From contig JAUQVK010000056.1 in the NCBI GenBank assembly GCA_039794845.1, forward strand, positions 1 to 10,050: 10,050 bases of DNA, given 5' to 3'. The DNA is from Thermostichus sp. DRC_bins_24. Lineage in GTDB: Bacteria; Cyanobacteriota; Cyanobacteriia; Thermostichales; Thermostichaceae. The notes under the pieces were generated by a model. It was not told the origin of the DNA. It did not search any database and worked only from the letters and a program-made list of their open reading frames with translations. Shown in pieces: positions 6,424-10,050 of the stretch. Both the position numbers and the translations under genes were made by a program. Positions within the stretch are counted from its first letter, which is position 1; every line of letters begins with the position of its first letter.

Positions 6424-7249
6424 GCAGCAGGGATCCGTGACTCCACTGCCTGGGGTTTCCTTCAACCCTTTCAGCCTGGCCGGCACGTTTATTTACAAAA
6501 CCTTGGTGGCCACAGAGTTGGAGATCCGCAAACTGCGCCATGATCCCAGCCAACTGTTGACCCGGGCCGTACAGCCCGCCCTGTGGTTGCTGGTGTTTGG
6601 GCAGGTGTTTGGCCGGTTGCGGGCCATTCCCACAGGCGATCTCAGCTATTTGGAGTTTATGACCGCCGGGATCCTGGCCCAGAGCATTTTGTTCATGTCC
6701 ATCTTCACGGGCCTCTCGGTGATTTGGGAGCGGGATCTGGGCATTCTCCACAAGCTCATGGTGAGCCCAACCCCCCGTTCGGCATTGATCCTGGGCAAAG
6801 GGATTGCCGCCGGGATCCGCAGCTTGTCGCAGGCGGTGGTGGTGTACGGGCTGGCGATGGTCTTGGGGGTGGGTCTGAGCTGGGATCCCCTCCACCTGCT
6901 GGGGGTGATGCTGGCGGTGATGGTGGGGGCTGGGGTGTTTTCGGCACTTTCGTTGATCGTGGCTTGCGGGGTGCGCACCCACGAGCGGTTCATGGGGGTG
7001 GGGCAATTGCTGACGATGCCTCTGTTTTTTGCCAGCAACGCCATTTACCCGATCGAGTTGATGCCCGACTGGTTGCGGGTGTTGGCCTCGCTTAACCCCC
7101 TCACCTATTTGGTGGATGCGCTGCGGGGCTTGATGCTGTCGGTGGATGGCAGCGTTTATCCCTTTTGGCTGAACCTGTCGATTTTGGCCATCGCTACGGC
7201 GGTACTCTCGGCGATTGGGGGGCGGCTCTACCCTCGCCTGGTGCGCTGA
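6380..7249 (+). CDS. ABC-2 type transporter permease (DrrB/YadH-like)
   Basis: About 6 hydrophobic segments and the ABC-2 motifs WERDLGILHKLMVSP and FFASNAIYPIELMPDWL...NPLTYLVDALR. The GTG start at 6380 is preceded by AAGGAGG (6365-6371) inside the ATPase 3' end. Confidence 0.94.
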   Translation: MTPQLRDAPRNDWAEQQGSVTPLPGVSFNPFSLAGTFIYKTLVATELEIRKLRHDPSQLLTRAVQPALWLLVFGQVFGRLRAIPTGDLSYLEFMTAGILAQSILFMSIFTGLSVIWERDLGILHKLMVSPTPRSALILGKGIAAGIRSLSQAVVVYGLAMVLGVGLSWDPLHLLGVMLAVMVGAGVFSALSLIVACGVRTHERFMGVGQLLTMPLFFASNAIYPIELMPDWLRVLASLNPLTYLVDALRGLMLSVDGSVYPFWLNLSILAIATAVLSAIGGRLYPRLVR

Positions 7250-7353
7250 GGGGTTAGGGATCCCTGGCCATCGACCCACCAAAACGGATCTGAATAAGCC
7301 CATTCCCGGTAGTCGGATGCGGTGGTTCACGCCTCAACCGGGGATAGGGATCC

Positions 7354-7605
7354 CTAGGGCAACTCAAACGGATCGGCCCCCTGCCAATTCACCCCATAAC
7401 CCAGATCCGCCAGGGCGGCCAAACTGAGCCCACTCAAAGACTGACCCGGGGATCCGGTCATCAACTCCCCCTCCAGCTCAGTGGCCCACCAATGCACATC
7501 ACGACTGAGGTTACCCCCTTCGTTTTCCAGTGGGGTGAGCCCGATCCCACTTGGGAAGGAGTAGTGTTCCCGACCCCTTCTGGCTTGGCCACGGCTGCAG
7601 AAATG
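7354..7605 (-). pseudogene. C-terminal remnant of a leishmanolysin-like (M8/metzincin) zinc metallopeptidase
   Basis: Translation ...TPLENEGGNLSRDVHWWATELEGELMTGSPGQSLSGLSLAALADLGYGVNWQGADPFELP* matches the family pattern PxExxGGxxxxxxHW...ELMTG...LSxxxxAxLxDLGYxV...AD. There is no HExxH motif and no credible start; upstream of 7606 the frame overlaps another gene's low-complexity tail. Confidence 0.7.
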
Positions 7606-7606
7606 T

Positions 7607-9676
7607 TTAGCGGCGGCGGGAGGATCCTCCAGAGGAGCGGCGAGAGGAACTGCCCCCGGAGGAGTGCCGGGAGGAAGAGGAGCCAGAAGATTGGGAAGGT
7701 TTGCTATGAGATTTCGTCCCGGAAGACCCCCAAGAACCACCGGAGCGAGTTTTCCCAAGGGATCCGGAGTTCACCACCACCACCGTATTGCCCCCCCGGT
7801 CGTAGCTTTGTTGCTCTGCCTGCCGTAGAGATTGCTCTAAGCGATCCAGGGTCTCCTGACAGTGCCGCAACGCCTTTTGTACGCGCTCTATTTCTTGCCC
7901 CGCTTGCTCAAACTGTTGCTCTGCAAGGCTGTTCCAGCGCTGAATGGCCGGGATCCCTTCCTGTTCCACGTAGGTGAGCAGTTGCTTGGCTCGGTTCAGA
8001 TCTTCGTAGGGAGAGAACAGCAGTCCTTTCCGTCGGGGGGCAGTAGCTATGCGCCGTTCTAGGGCCGGCAGCCGCTGTCGACTAAGGGCTTGAAACTGGC
8101 TTTGAACTGAGGTGAGCACTTTCTGGTTCTTTTGGTGCTGTTGGACATGAGCACGGCAATGGCTTTCCAGGCTATCGATGGCCCTTTGTAAGGTGGGGAT
8201 GGCACTGGCCACTTGATCTGGTCTCAGCTGCAGCAGAGATCTCAGGGCAGCCTCCAGTTGAGCCAAATGGTGCTCCGCACCGCTGGCGCGATCTGCAGAC
8301 TGAGTGGAGAATCGGTACCCTTCCTCTTGCCAAGCTTGGATTTGGGCCAGCAGTTCCACCAATCGGATCCCGGCTTCAGCCACCTCGAGGCCATCCAGAT
8401 CCAGCCCCCGTTGGCGTAGGGTTTGGGCTTGGCTAAGCAGCCCGGTTAGCCCAGGGATCCCGCCCTGAAGTTGGCGCAATTGGGTTTCCAAGGCAGCCAG
8501 TTTGGCGGGCAGCAGGGTGGGGGCGGTTTGCAGTCGGTTGAGATCTTGCTGAATGTGGTCGATCAGGCCCAAAATCCCGTCGGCATCCAGCTGGCTGGGA
8601 TCCACCCGCAGCAGGTTGACTCTTAGGGGGCGGCCTTTCAGCTGTTGGTGCAGGTCTTCCAGTTGACGGCTAAGGGATCCCTGGCGCTGATCGGAGGGCA
8701 AAAATTGCACCGGGTTGAGCAGGGTTTGCAGTTGTTCTTCCGTGAGGTTGAGGAGATGCTCGCGGCTACCCACCAAACTGACGTAGAGGCGTTCCCAGGC
8801 TTCCACCTGTTGCTCTAGCGCGGAAAGGGTGGTGGCGGTTTGGCCGGACAATTGCCCTTGCACCAAAAAGGCCTGGGTAAGGGAGCGACGGCACTCGTGT
8901 AGGGTATTCAAAATTTGGGATCCCAGATAGGGGTAGCGATCTCCCCCCAAAATCAAAAACAGCCGGTAGAGGATCATCTCTTCAGGCTTGTCGCCGGGCA
9001 GCAGTTGTTCCAAGGCCAAGAGCAAGGTGGCAATGGGGGCCTGCAGCGCTTGGATCTGGTTTTGCAGTTGTTTGCGGCGACGCTGTTTGGGCAGATAGAT
9101 CATGCTGCCGATCACGGCGACGGTGCCTGCCCCCACACCTCCCAAGAGCCAAGGAGACGCAGGCGGCGGATAGGCCAAGGCATAGCTCTCCCTCAGTCCG
9201 GTTACCAGTGCTTGGGAGGGATCCCCGCGGCGGAGCAGGGTGCGCACGTTGGTTTTGATGCGTTCGTATTCGCGGTCGGCGGTGTCGAGGCGGGTGCCGT
9301 AGAGGGTTTCGCCGTAGGTGATGTTGAAGCCCCAGGGCAGGGTGGTATCGGTGCTGGCCGCCAGGGTTAGCCCGTTGCGATCGTAAAAATCCGCTTGCGA
9401 AAGATCCCGCAGTCCGGCCTCGGCTTCTACCCGGTCAATCCGCTCAAACCAGGCATTCTCCGTCGGATCCCGGGCATCCGTAAGGTACACCAACACCCGA
9501 AAACCTCTTTCCGCCCAGGGGGCTGCCGCTTCACAAACTCGGTTGCTATCCACCGCCAAGATGGACTCCAAGCGCAGAGTGGCATGGGGACAAGCGGTGG
9601 CTTGGGCTTGGGCAGACAGGGATCCGTACCCAAACAGCGACGACAGCATAACCAGGAGCGCCACAAAGAGGGGCAT
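7607..9676 (-). CDS. Single-pass membrane protein: signal peptide, TPM(DUF477)-like ectodomain, TM helix, long helical/coiled-coil region, Gly/Ser/Arg-rich tail
   Basis: 689 aa. It has the signal MPLFVALLVMLSSLFGYGSLSAQA and a TM segment WLLGGVGAGTVAVIGSMIYL (about aa 176-195) followed by KQRRRK (positive-inside). About 430 aa of Leu/Gln-rich heptad-like sequence follows, then the tail GGSWGSSG...SSGGSSRRR. The TPM call rests on overall architecture and weak motif resemblance. Confidence 0.8.
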   Translation of the reverse strand: MPLFVALLVMLSSLFGYGSLSAQAQATACPHATLRLESILAVDSNRVCEAAAPWAERGFRVLVYLTDARDPTENAWFERIDRVEAEAGLRDLSQADFYDRNGLTLAASTDTTLPWGFNITYGETLYGTRLDTADREYERIKTNVRTLLRRGDPSQALVTGLRESYALAYPPPASPWLLGGVGAGTVAVIGSMIYLPKQRRRKQLQNQIQALQAPIATLLLALEQLLPGDKPEEMILYRLFLILGGDRYPYLGSQILNTLHECRRSLTQAFLVQGQLSGQTATTLSALEQQVEAWERLYVSLVGSREHLLNLTEEQLQTLLNPVQFLPSDQRQGSLSRQLEDLHQQLKGRPLRVNLLRVDPSQLDADGILGLIDHIQQDLNRLQTAPTLLPAKLAALETQLRQLQGGIPGLTGLLSQAQTLRQRGLDLDGLEVAEAGIRLVELLAQIQAWQEEGYRFSTQSADRASGAEHHLAQLEAALRSLLQLRPDQVASAIPTLQRAIDSLESHCRAHVQQHQKNQKVLTSVQSQFQALSRQRLPALERRIATAPRRKGLLFSPYEDLNRAKQLLTYVEQEGIPAIQRWNSLAEQQFEQAGQEIERVQKALRHCQETLDRLEQSLRQAEQQSYDRGGNTVVVVNSGSLGKTRSGGSWGSSGTKSHSKPSQSSGSSSSRHSSGGSSSRRSSGGSSRRR

Positions 9677-9883
9677 GATGCTTGACCCAACCCGACAGGT
9701 CTACTCTATCCCCCTCGCTCGCATCCCTTCGGGAAGTTGAGGCAATTCGTTATCCTGTACGCACAATTTCTGTACGCGCATGTATGGGCAGTCCCGTAAG
9801 GCACTTTCCCCTGAGGCAACCGTCACAAGGCTGATTTCCTGAAAAAATTGCTCCTCTGTTAAAAAAATCTTTGTAATTGAGCG

Positions 9884-9923
9884 GTAAAATGCTCTACCAA
9901 GTACAGTGAACGTGTCTTAAACT
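9884..9923 (+). promoter_or_regulatory. Candidate NtcA-binding site with downstream -10 box
   Basis: GTA-aaatgctc-TAC (9884-9897) is an exact GTA-N8-TAC. TAAACT (TAN3T) lies at 9918-9923, 20 nt downstream, ahead of ATG 9951. Confidence 0.45.
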
Positions 9924-9950
9924 ACCTGCTCCTCACCGGCAGGCTTAACC

Positions 9951-10050
9951 ATGGAAACTCCCAGCCCTCTTCAGCAGGCTCTCCATGTTCTCCCCAAAGA
10001 TGCATCAGAATCCATTGTTAGCAACATCTTTCCTCCAAAGCTGTTTGAGG
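9951..10050 (+). CDS. Hypothetical protein, 5' part only
   Basis: ATG at 9951 opens METPSPLQQALHVLPKDASESIVSNIFPPKLFE..., open to the window end after an AT-rich intergenic region. Too short to assign a family. Confidence 0.5.
   Translation, partial: METPSPLQQALHVLPKDASESIVSNIFPPKLFE

Larger units (their letters stand above)
516..9225. repeat. Highly iterated palindrome GGGATCCC (HIP1-like), dispersed
   Basis: Exact copies counted by eye start at 516, 1912, 1960, 2139, 2452, 2861, 3708, 4808, 5284, 6882, 7257, 7347, 7950, 8454, 8674, 8917 and 9218 (17 copies), plus many 7/8 matches. Well under one copy is expected by chance in 10 kb. Confidence 0.92.

Noticed and set aside
6392..7330. 312-aa minus-strand ORF
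   Set aside because: Antisense to the ABC-2 permease; its His/Gln/Pro-rich composition is the mirror of hydrophobic codons.
7250..7344. Spacer between the converging genes: partial similarity to 7345-7374 (TAGGGATCCCT...AAACGGATC) and a short peptide-like frame DYREWAYSDPFWWVDG
   Set aside because: The similarity is mostly the HIP core, and the peptide has no start and no assignable family. No intrinsic terminator was recognised.
7606..7758. N-terminal part of ORF 7354..7758 as a genuine peptidase N-terminus
   Set aside because: It is an alternative-frame reading of the upstream gene's Gly/Ser tail, is Pro-rich and lacks HExxH.
1..10050. CRISPR array, tRNA/rRNA, IS element, prophage or defence genes
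   Set aside because: No regularly spaced repeat-spacer units, cloverleaf, terminal inverted repeats, or transposase, integrase or nuclease motifs were seen; the GGGATCCC copies are irregularly dispersed.
9951..10050. Identifying the terminal ORF as ntcA or a PatA-type regulator
   Set aside because: Only 33 aa are visible and the resemblance (an FPP tripeptide) is too slight.

Overview
GC-rich cyanobacterial DNA. The dense GGGATCCC palindromes and the lack of canonical HIP1 (GCGATCGC) point to the thermophilic Synechococcus A/B' (Thermostichus) lineage. Left end, minus strand: rpmJ-rpsM-rpsK-rpoA (rpoA cut by the window edge), with its own near-consensus sigma70 promoter and detached from the usual upstream secY-adk-infA genes. 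Transcribed divergently are two predicted exported proteins. Both have a carboxypeptidase-regulatory-like beta-sandwich followed by a mutually homologous alpha/beta C-terminal domain of CsgG/TolB-N-like pattern, and the first also has an N-terminal YVTN/YncE-like beta-propeller. This pair is the best candidate for an undescribed envelope system. Next is a MarR regulator plus DrrAB-like ABC exporter operon with a palindromic operator candidate. Converging on it are the C-terminal remnant of a leishmanolysin-like (M8) metallopeptidase and a 689-aa single-pass membrane protein (TPM-like ectodomain, long coiled coil, Gly/Ser tail). The window ends with an AT-rich intergenic region holding a perfect NtcA-type box and the start of an unidentified ORF. 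All domain calls come from reading motifs by eye; no searches were run.
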